64,000 nt of DNA from Balanoglossus misakiensis. Taxonomy: Eukaryota; Animalia; Hemichordata. The stretch is from assembly GCA_040954595.2 (NCBI GenBank), contig CM082594.2, positions 8,883,612 through 8,947,611 of the forward strand. The letters run 5' to 3'. Shown piece by piece: positions 1-14,600 of the stretch (the first letter of the stretch is position 1; every line of letters begins with the position of its first letter). A program made the position numbers and the translations under genes. A model generated the notes under the pieces. That model did not search any database. It saw nothing but the letters and a program-made list of their open reading frames with translations, and had not been told where the DNA came from.

Positions 1-936
1 TCCCATCAAAGGCAAATTAAAAGTGTAAAATGATTGCTTCAATCAGAACTGTTAATGACTACATGCTGGAAGAACACTTTTGCCTGGCAGGGCTGTGTGT
101 CTTGCTGAGTTGTGTGGATTTATGCTGCAAACATTTTATATCAGTTCCTTAATTTAGAGCATTTAATGTCATTGACCTGCCCATTAATTTGACCATGAAT
201 TATTTTTTAATCAAAAGGTTTGTTTTGCTTTCCCCAGTGCAAGTGACCTCCCAGGCAGACCTGAAATTCTCATTTACTTAAATACTTTGCTTTCCATGAT
301 TTCAAGTTTTGTTGGATGATAAGGAAAATAGCTACCGTCTACTGGGCAGAATAAAATTTATGAAAACTCAGTCGTAATGAGGTTGATAAAATGTTGGGTT
401 GACCGTCTGAATGGGAATGGCCAAGCATTGTGATATCCCATGAGACCACCACTTTTTGCCTCTTGGTGGCGCTGGTCACGAAACAGCCAAGTTGTTAAAT
501 CTAAGAGGGCGACATTCACAATCTACACTTTATAATAGCTTGTATTGTTTCAATTATTTCAAAATCAAACCTAAACTTGGAATTTATACTCACAGTGTTT
601 AACCACAGAATGATGTTATAGAATTCATCATAAGTCAATAATCACATGCAGCAAAAAGGGAAAACCTTCTAAATGACCACTGTTTCTAAACTCGTAGTCT
701 TTCTTCTCTCCTCATTTTCCCAGTGACAATAAAGATAAAGACGATGATGATGCATCTGGTGAAGGTGGCAGTTCACAATATGGATGGAGTTACACATACA
801 GTAAGTCATAAAATTATTTATAAAAAAATGAACTAGTACAATAGTTATCAACATTATTTGACAAGTGAGTACATGTACATGTAATATGTTTTACATTCAT
901 TTACACATGCATGTGTTTTTCTATGTTTTATTTCAG

Positions 937-3900
937 AAGATGGACGTCCTATGTGTAGATATTGTGGCAGATCTTTCATGAGTATTGGAGGTTTGAAGAT
1001 CCACTCACATCGTTGCAGAGAAGAGAAAGCCAAGAGAGTCAAAGAACAAAAGGCGTCAAATCCTGAAGTTCAGTGCTGGAAGTGCAAAGCCATATTTTCT
1101 ACAAGAAGTTCCATGAAACGACACGAGAAGAAGTGCGGAAAGTTATACTTCCGATCTCGGCCGATGCGCGACATGGGGACCACCCGCTGCAATTACTGCA
1201 AGAAAGAGTTCCTGACTCGTTCTCTGATGAAACACCTGTCCCGGTGCAAATGGCTGACCAATTCGCAGCTGCAGATGCAGTATCGTCGGGTGATTCTCCC
1301 GAAAGGTTCAGACCCCGGGAGGGCGGAAATCGCACCCGCCAACCCGTCGCCGACCAGCACGACTGCACCCAGTGCAGCCACTTCAGTCGCTCCGGCACCC
1401 ATCAAGATCGCCCCGGCTCAACCAGCAACCTCCCCTGCGGCGGCCAGTAGCGTGCAGAGTCCACCTGCCCAGCAGCCAATAGCAGCAGCCATTCCCCAGT
1501 TACCACCTGCTGTGGTGATGACTGCAGCCCCGGGTTCACAGCCACCGCAGTTGCAGTACATCATGCCGGTCATGAGCACTGGGATGTCATCGCCGGGGAA
1601 TTCGACAGCGCCCATATTCATGGTCGCTAACGTCGGTGCAAACGTCCCACCAGGTTCTGTAATAGCTGGCAACGTAGTACCAGCAAGTTCCAGTGTTACA
1701 AACATCTTGCCCAGCGGCATACCAGCCTCTGGGGTGACCACCTTAGTTCCTGTCAGTATGGTTTCAACCACCATGGCAAACGTGCCCCCGAATGTAGCAG
1801 TCACCCGTGCCCTCTCCAGTGGTGCTGTTGTCATGCCTACCACCCCTGCCACCAACATTGCAGCGACCAGTGTTACAAACGTCCTGCCGGCAAACGGAAC
1901 TGCAACTCCCACACCGGCTGCCAGCGCAAGTACAGTTGCAGTTCAAGCTGCCAACGTAACTGGAGCTGCAGCAAACGCGAAGTCACCTACAGGGCCTGCT
2001 TCGGCAGCTGTACCCGTAACAACCGCTGCAACGGTAATGACCACTGCACCTACCCAGCAGTTGGTAATTCCAGCATTCCAACAGCCGGGCCAAGTCATAC
2101 AACAATGGCAGCCGAACCAAACAGCAAATCAGCCCTCGAATCTAGTCATTTCACAGGAAATCGGTTCTCACGGCAATGCAGTGAAACAGCCTATAGACAG
2201 GGCTCAAACCATCCCTGCATCTTCCTCACAAAATTCCTCTGAGAAATTACCTCGCAGATCACCAAGGAGACACGCCAAAAAATCATCAGAAACTGAAACC
2301 AGCAACAAGCAAGAAGAGAAGAGTACCCCACTTATCCTGCCCCAACCCACCATGCCGGGCAAAGTAGCCATCCCACGACTCAGCCGACCCATCGGAGGCC
2401 GGATTCTGGTTCCGGTTCATCGTATCAAGGCTATCCGCGCTCAGCAAATCACTACTCCACTCCAGGCCATCAAACCAAAACCGAGCGAAGCAACAACAAT
2501 GAGCAGCCCGGAGAAGCGAGTGGTGCTGGATGTGAAGTCGATGATGAACGTGAGGGAAGTGAATCTAGCGTTCCACGACAAGCAACAGGGTGTCTTCGCC
2601 CACCCTGCAGCGGCGGTGAAAGACAGCACGGCTGAAAGAACAAAGAGAAAGAAGGAAAGAGGCTCGGTCAAGAATCTTGATGCACAGGAGACTGCGAAGA
2701 AACAGAGAGTGGATGAAAGTAACAAGAGTCCATCACAAGTTGAAGATGGCAGGGATGAACCTGCGGAGAAGACTGATGACATCACCAGTGATCATGAAGA
2801 AGAGTCTGAGAACACTGTTCTTATTGATGGAAAAGCCTTTCAGATAAAACAAGAACCCTCATCACCACCCCAAGTGGACGACAACGGTAGCCCGGCAACA
2901 GAAGATGCAGATAAAAATACTCAAGATGGGGATCTGTACATCGGGGTCAGCATCAAGACGGAGAAACCGGAAGACAGTGAAGACAAAAGTGATCCCACAG
3001 AAAGTCAGGCATCAGTGAGCGGTTCAGTCTCAGAGGGGCAAAGTCAGGAGAAAGATGCAGCTTCCAATGAAGGAGAGACTGGAAAGACTAGTCAGAGTCA
3101 GAGAAGGTATCGGATGATAGCTCCAAAACCCACCGATCCTTCGACCGTTGCAGTTGAATCACATGGGGGCTCAGAGGATGAAGTCGGTGATGATGATAAT
3201 GATTCAGAGAGTGATGGAGGGGAAGAGGGAGATGGCAGAGTAGGAGGAAGAGGAGGAAGAAAAGTAACGATAGATGACAAAAATCCAATCCGCCACGCTG
3301 ACGGCCAGTTAGAATGTGAAGAATGCGGGCGGCTCTTCAAGAGCCTCCGCAACTACAACCGACACTACCCGTCTCACATCGATGACAAACGTTTCAAGTG
3401 CAACATCTGCAGCAAGACCTTTCACCTCTCCTATCACCTGAAGGAACACATGAACAAGCACTACGACCTTCGGCCCTACAAGTGTCACCTCTGCGGGAAG
3501 GCGTACAACCATTCGGGGACCCTGAGCGGCCACTTGAAGATGGCTCACAAGAACGAGAGCATTCCCCTGAGAGACATCATGAAGTGCAAGTTCTGTTGTA
3601 AAGTGTTTGCCTACGAGGGAACCTACTACAAACATCTTGAAGATAGACACAATGTCACAATGCAGAGATTCTACACACCACCCACACCAGGTTCGTGGCA
3701 GACAGTAACCAGCATCCCAGTGGGTCTTCCTGAAGGTAGCAACAAAGATGTCCCTCAAGCATCCGACACTCCGACGACAGAACTTCCTGTTCAAAACTAC
3801 GAGTATGTGCCCAAGGACGAGACACCCCATGTCAATCCACTGCCGCAGAGGGTATCACGGAAACGCAGAGCCATGAGGCTGGCGGGAAAACTAAACGAGG

Positions 3901-6236
3901 GAGAGCGGGGGAAATCTGAGGGAAGAGGAGCTGGGAAGGTTTCTGTCTCAAACACATTCACCCAGATGCAGCAGCCGTACTACCAGAATGATCCCAAATT
4001 CCGGGCTATTCTTCCAAGACCAACGGGCCAGCCAGTGAAAGCAAGTATAGTCAGTGTTCCAGCTATACCAGCCAACACAGTGACCACAGCAAACCCAGGG
4101 CTTCAGACAGCCATACCACTGGCTATCACCACCATTCAGCAACCACCTGTGTGCATATCCATGTCTGCCTCCACTGCTACTCCAACAAGCTCCACTGAAA
4201 CTGTGAGCAGTGTAGCTGGTGTAGTCATGGCTTCATCGACACCAGCAGTGGCCAGTTCTTCCAACCCTGCAGAAATATCTCCTCAAACATCTGATTCTGT
4301 CACAGCCGTCAGTTTAGAAGACAGACCAGTCACTGCCACCACAACCACCACTGCAGATCTACAGGACCTGACCATAACAGAGCCTGCTCCTGCAGAGGAA
4401 AACCAGAAGACAGCATCTGAAGTTGCAGATGACGTGACAGAGCAGAGGATCAGATTTCCAAGAAAACGGGCAGAGGATACATCACCCTCCAGACCAATCA
4501 AACCCTTTCCCTGTCACTACTGTCCGCAGGCTTTCACCACTAAGCTTCGTTTGTCCTTCCACGTGACGAAGGAACACTCCTCGCGGCCAATGAACAGCAT
4601 CAGCCACCAGAGAAAAGTTTCCTCTCTGAGGATATTCGGAGCGACGTCCAAACTGGTGGTTGCCAAGTACAGATGCGTGCTGTGTCTCTACTTTTTCCGA
4701 GACTTGCCGACTCTACGCAGGCATATCACCAATTACCACCGCTGCGTCGATCCAGAGATGTTCATCGCAGATGTGGTCAAAGAGCAGGAGGATAACATGT
4801 CGCATAGGAAGACACAGGATCATGAGAATCAATCCTTCATGGAAGTTCCCCCTGCACAGGAGTGTGCCGATCAGGAAAATGCTAAAAATGATAGTGATAG
4901 TGAACTTGATCCATCAGGGGATGAAACACAAGAGTCTTCAAATTCTCCTATCGACCAATCTCCAAGTCTCCATAGCGATGAAAACAGTATCACCGAGGCA
5001 ACACTAGGAGATCTTCTCCTTTGGAATGAAAGCCCAGAGGACAGTGATTTGACACATCACAGTCGTAGCCATGGTGACCGTTCAACAGAGAAATCTCCGG
5101 AGCCCTCGACATCAAAAGTGAAAAGACGTCTTAAAGCATCTTCAACTGATGAATCTCCCTCTACATCAGATGCAGAGCTGATGACATCTCAGAAGAAACC
5201 AGGTGTTCACTCGAAGGCCAATAAAAGAAGTGGCAAGGCACACAGCCCAGATGTTCATCAAGCTGCAGGACCAGTAAACCAGGAGGGTGGAATCTCTCTT
5301 CAACCAGTTTTGGTGGAATCAAAGCAGTCGCCAGAATCAGCACACGACACAACTCTGTGCTTGTTTCCCTTGCACTGTGCTACAGACAATCCTCTGTACA
5401 GCCGCACCGTGACACAACACTGTCCCAAATGTAACTGGTCTTTCCTCTGCAAAGTCAAGAAGGATCTCCAAGTGATCACGGTCAATTCCCTGACGGTCAA
5501 ACACATGTGTCCCTCGTGTTTGTATCGCTTTGAGTACGGCTTCACCGATGTGGACAGCGAGTCCGACTTCTTGTGTATGAAGTGTCGTCCCAAGTCCAAA
5601 AACAAACCGAAGTGTTACGTTGTGGTCAATGGGGCTCTGTGCGAAGAGCCGAGAGAAAGGGAAGACGGTCAAGATGGAGAGGATGGTGATAATGATGAAG
5701 AGAGTAATGAGTGTCGAACCAGTCCAGTGGGAGTCGTCGGGGTGCAGTCTTTTCCGTGCGAGTGTAAGAAATGCAGTGCTAAGTTCTTCGTAGAGGTGGA
5801 CACAAACAAAATTCTGTGCACAACCTGCAACGAATTTGTGGAACGAGAAAAGTTTAACGAGCACACAAAAATGCACGTGTTACGACCATCACTGCCGTCG
5901 TCGTCGCCGCCACAACCACCTCCGGCCAAAGCAGCAGGGCCCAACCAATGCAGGATCTGTTATCGCCAGGTCGATGATATGGAGTCTCACATGAAGATGT
6001 CGCACCGCACGATTCACGACGTCAAGGAGGAACGTAAATACCAGCGGAACACCGGAATGTACAAGTGCAAAGCGTGCGGCCAATCCTATCTTTTCCGGGG
6101 GAGCTTAGAGCGTCACATGGAGATGTGCCACAAGGAAATGACGGAGACCGAGAAATGCCAGGTGGCGAAATGTGGAAAGGTGTTCCAATCAGCAGAACGT
6201 CTGGCCATGCATATGAAGAACAGCCATGCTTTGTAA
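937..6236 (+). CDS. Large multi-zinc-finger protein (C2HC + C2H2), terminal coding exon; 5' exons lie upstream of the window
   Basis: 1761-aa ORF 951-6236 preceded by splice acceptor ttttatttcag ending at 936. Three N-terminal CxxC...H...C fingers, then P/A/T/Q-rich low-complexity and acidic regions, a central C2H2 cluster (CEECGRLF...HYPSH, CNICSKTF...HMNKH, linker DLRPYKC), and further C2H2 fingers to the C-terminus. Stop TAA at 6234-6236. Confidence 0.9.
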
Positions 6237-7517
6237 CTGAAAGAATTGCATGATACAAACTGTGCGTTTAGAATTACAGGCTTCCTTTTATGATATATCT
6301 TCAATGACGACAATAATTCATTTTTTTATAAATATTCATATCAAAGCGTAAAGAAGATATAAGTAGGACATTGTGATGGTAAATGAATACAATAATTTTA
6401 GCCGATGTCTATTTTGAGAAACAATCTGTTATCTTGATGCCGTGATTTTAAAGTTTCCTGACAGAAAATGACATGTTTGATATGTGTGTTGTTTGTGGGT
6501 CCAGTTGTGTGATGTTATTGCTGTCAGATTCTCTTTTCGCTTGTGACGTGTTATGGCGGAAAAGTGATTTTTTTTAAAGTAATTCAAACTGTTGATGTGT
6601 TTGATATTGATTTTTAATTCGGTATTTACTCAGAGTACCAGCATACTATCCATAAAAATCTCACATCATTGTATCAAGTTTATATGAAAGTGATCTCATG
6701 ATTAAGGATTTCTCTAAATACGAAAACTAAATAACCTCCAATAAGACAATAACAGTTTTAAAGTACATGTAATACAAACGTGTCTCTTCAGTGTTAATTT
6801 GATAAAATTTACTGTGTGATGAGTTAGAGAATATCTACATTCCAGAAAATACTGACTACCCGGTATTTTATTAATTGTTAGTGGTTCAAGATTGTTGTGT
6901 GGTGTTGTTGTTGTTTGGAAAACTTTGCTGTTTGATTTTCTGACTTATACCCATTTATGTTAATCATTTCCGTGTTCAACTTCAAAAAACCTCACCAAGT
7001 ACATGTCAAATTTAGCATTTTTTGAAGAAATCACTGATTATTTTGTGAATAGGAAGCATGAAATTTGTGTGTACGCATAGTGGATGACTACGTATTGCTT
7101 TTGTGGTTGCTTTTGCTTTCGAGTGATGTCAAATATTTCAATTTAGTTGTGATATTTTGGTTATTCAATTAGAGATTTATTTTGCAGATATTAATATTAA
7201 TGTTTTATACTAACTAAATACTTAGACTGCCATTTTACTAACACGACTAAAACTTGTGTTTTTTCTACTTGTGTGTTTCTGTATTTGTTTGTTTCAATGG
7301 AAAGATTAAAGGTCAAGAATCCAGAAACGTACATTCCAGAATCTTTGTACATTCTGGCCGGGAAGATTTCCACAGAACAAAATAATATTCTTATTACACC
7401 TTGTGAGGGCGTTATTGAAGTCTCAAAGTGTCCCGAGTTCATTGTTCTTGTGATGTTGTGTTGTCTTATTTGAAGCCTTAAGTTATTTGTATGTAAATGT
7501 TCAACTTTGAATTACAG

Positions 7518-7523
7518 AATAAA
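7518..7523 (+). terminator. Probable polyadenylation signal (AATAAA) of the zinc-finger gene
   Basis: AATAAA at the end of a ~1.3 kb U/GU-rich 3'UTR-like region, followed by T-rich sequence. Confidence 0.5.
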
Positions 7524-7939
7524 GGAGTTTGATTCTTAAGTTCTTCGGTAGACGTGTCATCATTAATTCCAAAGTCAGATTATGAGCAAAAACTCAACCT
7601 CTTAACCTGATGACTGCAATTTATTTGAGAATCAGCACAAAACTGCAGAAAAGGCGACAGCTACAGAATGAAAATAGCCAAGACGCAGACTATCTCTTCA
7701 GTTGATTTTAATTAAATTGAGTAAATGTTATGAAGGATCTGATCATGGTGCAGTAATAATGCACAACCAAAAATATATCTTCTCCACTACCTACCTATCT
7801 ACCTCTTTAGAAAAGTTATTTCAGAACCATTTTTGCATGGTATAATAATCACAGCTACGGTAACTTATATGACGTCGAAATTATGTCTTAAAAGCGGAGA
7901 TTTTATCGGGGTTCTTATTGAATCGCAACCAACACAATT

Positions 7940-8630
7940 TACGGCAATTGCTCTGTCCATTTGCCGGAATACCGAAGTCTATCAGCCATGGAGCTATTAG
8001 CAACCGCCTTAAAATCATGGGGAAAGGTATAGCGCCTCACAGCGTCGCAGACAAACACAAACTGGTCTGCCTTTGATATTTTAATGAAGTTTTTGGTGTT
8101 GTAATGGATCGATTTTAGGTATGCGGTACAATACACGATAGACAAACAGTCGGGTTTACCACTATACAGCGCTTTTGTGATCCAAAAAAACCACCGTGTA
8201 TCGCCGTCATTCAATACGACCCTCCTAGACGTACAATGTACATACTCGCAGATCGATCCAGTTAAACGCGACCGGAGAGCGCTTGATCGCACCAGGAAAC
8301 TGGAAAATATATTCGCCGGCGATCTTTTCCCTCGACTGATGGATAGGCGACAGACATGGTAACAAGTGGCTATTGAGATTACAAAAGAAGTGCTAACGAG
8401 TTTGTCACCGTACAATTAGCGGTGTGAAGTGTGAGCCAACACGCGAATCCAATTGTGTATAGACGACAGCACTAATACACAGAAGGGGCAGCAACAGCCG
8501 GACCCCAAGGGAGCATGGCTGCCCTGATCAACCGGTGGAAAGACCCAGATAATTGCAGAAACTCTCGATATCGGACCCGTGATCACGATCTACATACTTT
8601 GGATTAGTTTGATCACCGTCTAACAAAAAT
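7940..8630 (+). promoter_or_regulatory. CpG-enriched promoter / 5'UTR region of FBXL7
   Basis: Visibly higher CpG density than the flanks, a CCAAT element near 8450, and it lies immediately upstream of the FBXL7 ATG at 8629. Confidence 0.5.
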
Positions 8631-11600
8631 GGGGACGCATAATTCTCGACTGCAGGACGGAGAAGGTGGGTCGGGATTGTGTAATTGATAGGTCGTCCAC
8701 GCAGTGTGTTTGTCCATTGTACAATAATTACGTTCGTTGTTTGTTATGCGAGCGCTCAACGTACATATAGACTTAACAGGTGTTTAAAAAAATTAAGAGT
8801 ACGACTAGAAACGTATATATATTAAAACTGCTACATTGTATCCCAACTAGAAACGTGATTATTAAAAGTGCGACATTGTATCCCAAACTGTGCGAAACTG
8901 ACATGGGTACAACGTTAACGACATGTACATTTCATCTAAACGACACAGTAATACAGTGGTCGTTAAAGATGTTTATCAATGATTGTCGTTTAGTGCAGAA
9001 CTACACAACCAATAATTTTTCACAATGTTTTAAGTTGGTGTATAAGAGATATAGCAATTCTCGGGTTCTAGTGCACCTGTTTTACGAGATCACGAAGGTG
9101 GTAGGTCGGCATAAGACCCATATCGCATGAGACCATGTCCATTTCTTCTATTAATAGCAGATTACCTTAAACAAAGCAGCAAACAGACATAACGGGAAGC
9201 AGTTGTAACTATTTACAAGGTAGTTAAAAATAACATCATGTGAGGTCATTAACGTAATGGCGTTCATTCTGGGCGCGACGTAAATTTCACGCCTTTTTTT
9301 ACTGGTGCTAGAACCACTAGAACTGACATATTTTAAGCAACCTTTGCGCCGGTAGCGATCTCTTTTTACATACTACTGTATGTCGCACAACTCAACCACT
9401 ATGGTGTCCGATGTTGAAATAAGAATAGCAAAATGAGTTGTATTCTGTCATAGATTGGACACCATACAACCCCGGACGGATCGACATAACCGAGATGGGC
9501 GAGACACGAATAACAACAAGTTACTGGCGTCAAATTGATGTACTGCCTGTGCCAGTAACAATTTACCATGAAAGGGGCTTGGGTTAGGCTTTCACGAGGG
9601 GACAAAGCTTACAACGTGTCGCCCAGCCTAAATAAATACATAAATATTTGTTAAAAATGGAGGCTTGTTAAACCCGGCATCTAGTGTGCGCATTGTGAAC
9701 AAAATATCTTTTTAAATCGCATGGCTTGGGATTTTTAATCCATTGTTATATAGATTCCAACTGTCGATCATACTTTTTAATTAAAAAGCGGGGAAATAAT
9801 CCCAACTGATCGGTTTAGATAGTACCATCAGTCAACCTAACTTATGTACAGATACCTGCCCAGTGGTAAGCATTTGTATCACACGAGATTTTGCTTTGAT
9901 TTGTGTGTTAGACGACAAAACCAGACAATCCAAGGCAAAACTCCGAGCTACTGAACTGCGGCTACAATTCCTTCTACTGACAACCATAACATCATAAAGT
10001 GCAACTGTACAGTAATATTTTTGAGGAAATTATCCCGTTTAAAGCAATGGTCGAAAGCTGCCATCTTGAAATTCTATTGGCCATATGGATATTTATATCG
10101 CTCACCTATAGGAAGCGAAAACTTTTTCAGGTAGACTATTTGCATGATTTGAGTGGAATCCGGGACAAAAATACTTCATTGAATAAAATCAGCAGTGTTC
10201 TTGCAGTAATGGTGATAAAGAATGGTAGTTATCAACAACATCTCTGATATTTCTCTCGCAATATCGTATCCCATGGCAACCAGAAACTAGGTCGTGACAA
10301 TAAACTCATGTGGCCTTTCCCAGATCCTGCATCAAGATATTAACTGATAGAATATCCAACAAAAGAACTTTTGGTGTGTTATCTTGCACATTCTGCCCCC
10401 AAAACATTTCAAATCCTGCAGTGCACGAGTGGTGTATGGATCGTTTGAGTATTGGAGGTGATAAGGGTCGACAGCTGGCGAAAAATGGCATTCTACGAAC
10501 TCGATGTTTGAAATTTTTACGAGATGCAGTATTTTCTTGCATGCGTGAGATTCCCCCAGGAAATAATTCTTGGAGTGACAGAATATTCTGCCATTCAGTA
10601 AACATGTCAACCCTGCGTGAAATTATGTCACCCAGACATAAAAATCACAATCCTTTAGGGGGGACCATGGAAAACCCACAGGAAATTTCAGGGGGACCAC
10701 AGATTTCCTCCACAATTTACCATGGAAAAAAATATATCACCAGGAAAATAAAAAATCCTTCGGCCCCACCCAGACCAGTATTGAAGTCATCTTTGGCCAA
10801 TTTGCAGGTGATCCTTGATAAGAACATCTTATACTCATGTATTTTTTTCCCAATTTTCTACAGGGAAGACAAATTCAAGCCTATCGCAATCAGACTTGAG
10901 TTCCAACGATTTCACGCCACAAAAACCACTGCCAAACGGAACAGTTCATGGTACACAAGACCATGAATTGCAACTTTGTCAAAGACTACAAAGACACCAT
11001 CTTCGGGGTAAGTGTGTTAATAGTCTCTAAGTTTCCATTTTATGGTTAATTAGCCTTTAGTGAGGCATTGAGCCCAGGCTAGTGTAAAAATTAGTACAGG
11101 TAAAACACATGACATCATCTGGTATGGACTCAAGGTTTCAGAAATGACCAAAACGTGATTGACACTTTTTGTCTTCACAGGTACTATATAGGCATGTATC
11201 TTTGCTCCAAAAAATATACGGAAATTCACTGTTTTGGTCATTTTGTGTGAAAATGGGTCTTATAAGCCTCCTGTCTAAACTTGATGAAAGTCTTGACAGA
11301 ACTTTGGAGAAAAACCTGACAATTATCACAAAATGTGCATGGCTATAGAAGTTGTCTGCTTATTGGCTAATTATCCAGCATGACCAGAAACTGGCCAATC
11401 AGAAACCTTGTTCTTTCACTCTTGCTCACCATACAGTAGCACACTGCATGAAAGCCACGACTGAAACGCAAATAGAAGCATTTTCGACAAAGCCATTTGC
11501 AAGAGCCCACACCCATGATAGTCTAACTTGTGTGAATGCCCTTTTTGTCGGTTCAAAAGTAAATCTGCACAACATTATGGCATGGAGGTGTTGAACTCTT

Positions 11601-14600
11601 GAGACAATGTTTTTTTCTCAAAGTTGAAAAGGTTTCTTCAAATGGCAAAAATAGTTCAGTGCAAAAGTCAACATTTTTTTTCGCAGAGGATTTAATGGTG
11701 TAAGAAAACTCATTCAGCTTGAAAAGCCATGTATATTATGACAGTATCATTGCTATTTCAACAAAGAGTTACTTCATGTTGGTTGTGAAATTTTGGGTCG
11801 AAGTTTTTTGTATCATTGTGATGGTTAAGCACAGACTCTTTTGATCTTCAGATTTTACTAAATAAATATGGGTTATAGGTTGCAATGGGTGCAACACAAA
11901 TAGGTTTACCAAAGTACTCAGTGGTTGCCTTCGGGAATTCATTCCTTTGTCTTCTTTGTCTGGCAACCGTGTCTGGTCCAAAAGAAAATGGCTCACACAT
12001 TTTCCAGGATTTTGTCAAACTTCTTCCAGAATATATTCTATGTAATGTCTACCACCAAACGATCAGGGGAAGGGGTATGTCTAATTTAACATGTTACGGT
12101 TTATAAATACAAGGAAAATGTAGAATATGGGGAAATTATTAATAACTAGTAATATTAATCAAAATGTTCTGAAATCACTGAAAAGCAAATTAGAAGAAGT
12201 CTCATCAAGAACATAATTTTGCTGGAAGGAATTTCAATCAAGGTTACAGCTAAGTGGGGATTTGGGCTCAACAAAGTGTTCTCCCTTGAAGATGACTGCA
12301 CAAACATTTCAGAATGACAGAAATACATGTGTCTTGATCCGTGTTAAACACTGTCTTTGTGGTCTCTCCATTGAACAGGTATTATCAAGCACAAGATAAT
12401 CTCTCTTAGAATTAGACTGGATGTTTCAGACATTCATCTCTTTGATATCTTACAGAACCGCTATGACAAAACTATGTAGAAGAAAGCTGGCATGAACTCT
12501 AAGCGGGCTAGTTAAGGCATGTTTGTGTTCCAAGTTGATTTCAATTTGTACGTTGGCTGATGCTAAATATGTCGGAAGGTGGAGTACAATGAAATAAGTC
12601 CAATTCTTTCAAATGGTGAAATTGAGAAAGGTTTTAGCACGGTCTCGGTCCACACAAAATGAGAGGAGAAATTGTGGTTTTAAGTGGCGCTCTATTATTG
12701 TCAAATATGTTAATCTTACTGAGTATGACTGGTATTTGTGCAAACAAAATACCAATATGCAAAGGTTTTGAGAGAAAAAAGTCTGAAAAACAAAGCCGTT
12801 TTCAGAGAAGCTTCAATTGGTATGCGGCTGATCCAAATTCAGTTTCCAAAGACAGCACTCTTTTAGTATTGTCAACAAAATGGCCGCCAATGGGTTTGTT
12901 GATGTCGTTTGGAAATTCTGCATAGAGTCTAGCTATGCATAGGTTAGTAGTTCAGCGTACCTAGGTAGTTCATTATAACCAGAGTACCTCCACAGCTGGC
13001 ATGCCGTAGGCGATATATCGTCTTGCCCTCTCCGGTGACCCCCCACTTCTTCTCCGCAGTTTTCCTATTGTGGACACGTTTCATGCATGCTAACCCAAGA
13101 TCGTCGCAAGCAAAGGCTGCTTGTGACACAGGGCAGGTTTTAAAGTCAGAGTTCTGTGATTTATTTCGTAAAGTGGGGCTGGCCGTGTAGATTTAACCAG
13201 AGTTTGGCCCAGAGGGGTTCTGGCACAGCCAGGGGATATGTTTGTGTATAAATAAACATGCACCAAACTGAAGAGTACTGAGATAAGAAATTCAGATCTA
13301 CCGAGTCTGCAACTTTGACCGAATTTTAACTCCTATAGGTGTGTTCACATTTAGTTGGTTTTACTTTCATGATAAATCGCCACAGTGCAGACTCATCTCT
13401 TTTCTGTTCTTAAATTTTACCAACAGGTGTTCATTTTTCGTGGCCTGGTTTATGTGGTCTGGTTTTATTGTCCAAACAGATAAATCACCCACATAGGTTT
13501 TTATGTGGTGCAATTCTTGTATCAACCAGCAGACAGTGTATCATTTAAAATATCATGTAACTTACACTTTTCATATTTGCAGCAAATTTGATTATTCAGG
13601 ACAGACACATATCTGCCATATTTAAGGCTTATGGTAGTTAAATCTGATATTATTTGAAAACAGCTGACTACACACCTTTATGCAGCATGATAAATGGCCG
13701 TGACATTACGGGGGTCAAATTGTATCATTTCAAGAGCTCTCATGCATGGCCCGGACACTAGCAATGCCAAAGTCAAGATAAAGTGATAAACGCTTAGTTA
13801 ACTGCAGCCATGCATGCAATCACCATTTGCCTGTATTTTTGGCCATCAGACAAAAAGGTGCAGCACATGGATTAAGTGTCAATAATGATTTCTTAATAAA
13901 ATATATTTTATTTTGGTGGGAGGGGCACGTCTTTCAATTGGCAAAGTCCATAGGACATTGTCTGACAGCCATTGTAACAAGATTATTAAGATGTGGAACT
14001 ATGATAGGCGAGTAAATTGAGATAACCAGGCAGAGTTACAGCTTGATAATAGTTCCATAAAGTCCTTTCCAGTCATTTAAAACAATCTCTTTATTTTTTC
14101 ACTGACTGATGTTTAATGTCTACAACACAAGGCATCTGAGATTAGTTACACCTTTTTCCTTTATTCCCCTATATGGTAATCTGTGAGATTATTTTTATTC
14201 AAGACTAACATAAAAAAACAATTTTGAGCATTTTTGTAACAATGTAAATTATTTTCAAAAAAGGTACAGTCACCAGCAACCTCATATCTTTCTTTTGCTT
14301 TGAAAATAGTCTAGATTTCATTTTGTGTCTATTTATAGAATGGATTAGAGCAAATTACTTCCTGATTATGTTAAGCTATTATCACTTTGCAAAACAACTG
14401 GGTCTTCAGAGAAATATTGCTGAATGATTTGTCCACCTGTGATTGGTCAGAGATCATATTCTTGTCAGAACCTGTATGATACAGTTTGCAGCCAAGCGTT
14501 CACTTGTTGCCTCAGAGAAAAACTGTAAATCTTGTTTAAATTTTGTAGTGAGGCTTGACACTGAATGTAGTACACATCTCAAAATATTGATCTTGTCTTT

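Noticed and set aside
1073-6313. Many overlapping alternative-frame and antisense ORFs (60-179 aa) within the zinc-finger exon
   Set aside because: Shadow ORFs of a GC-richer coding exon; no recognisable domains.
7939-8415. 158-aa minus-strand ORF upstream of FBXL7
   Set aside because: Non-ATG start, no motif, and it lies in a CpG-rich promoter where stop codons are depleted.
9065-9315. Imperfect inverted repeat ggttctag(tg)cacc ... ggtgctagaacc as a MITE
   Set aside because: Too short and gapped, with no clear target-site duplication.
10310-10966. 218-aa ORF in the FBXL7 intron/exon 2 region
   Set aside because: No domain features; the real exon 2 (10864-11007) is in another frame that matches FBXL7.
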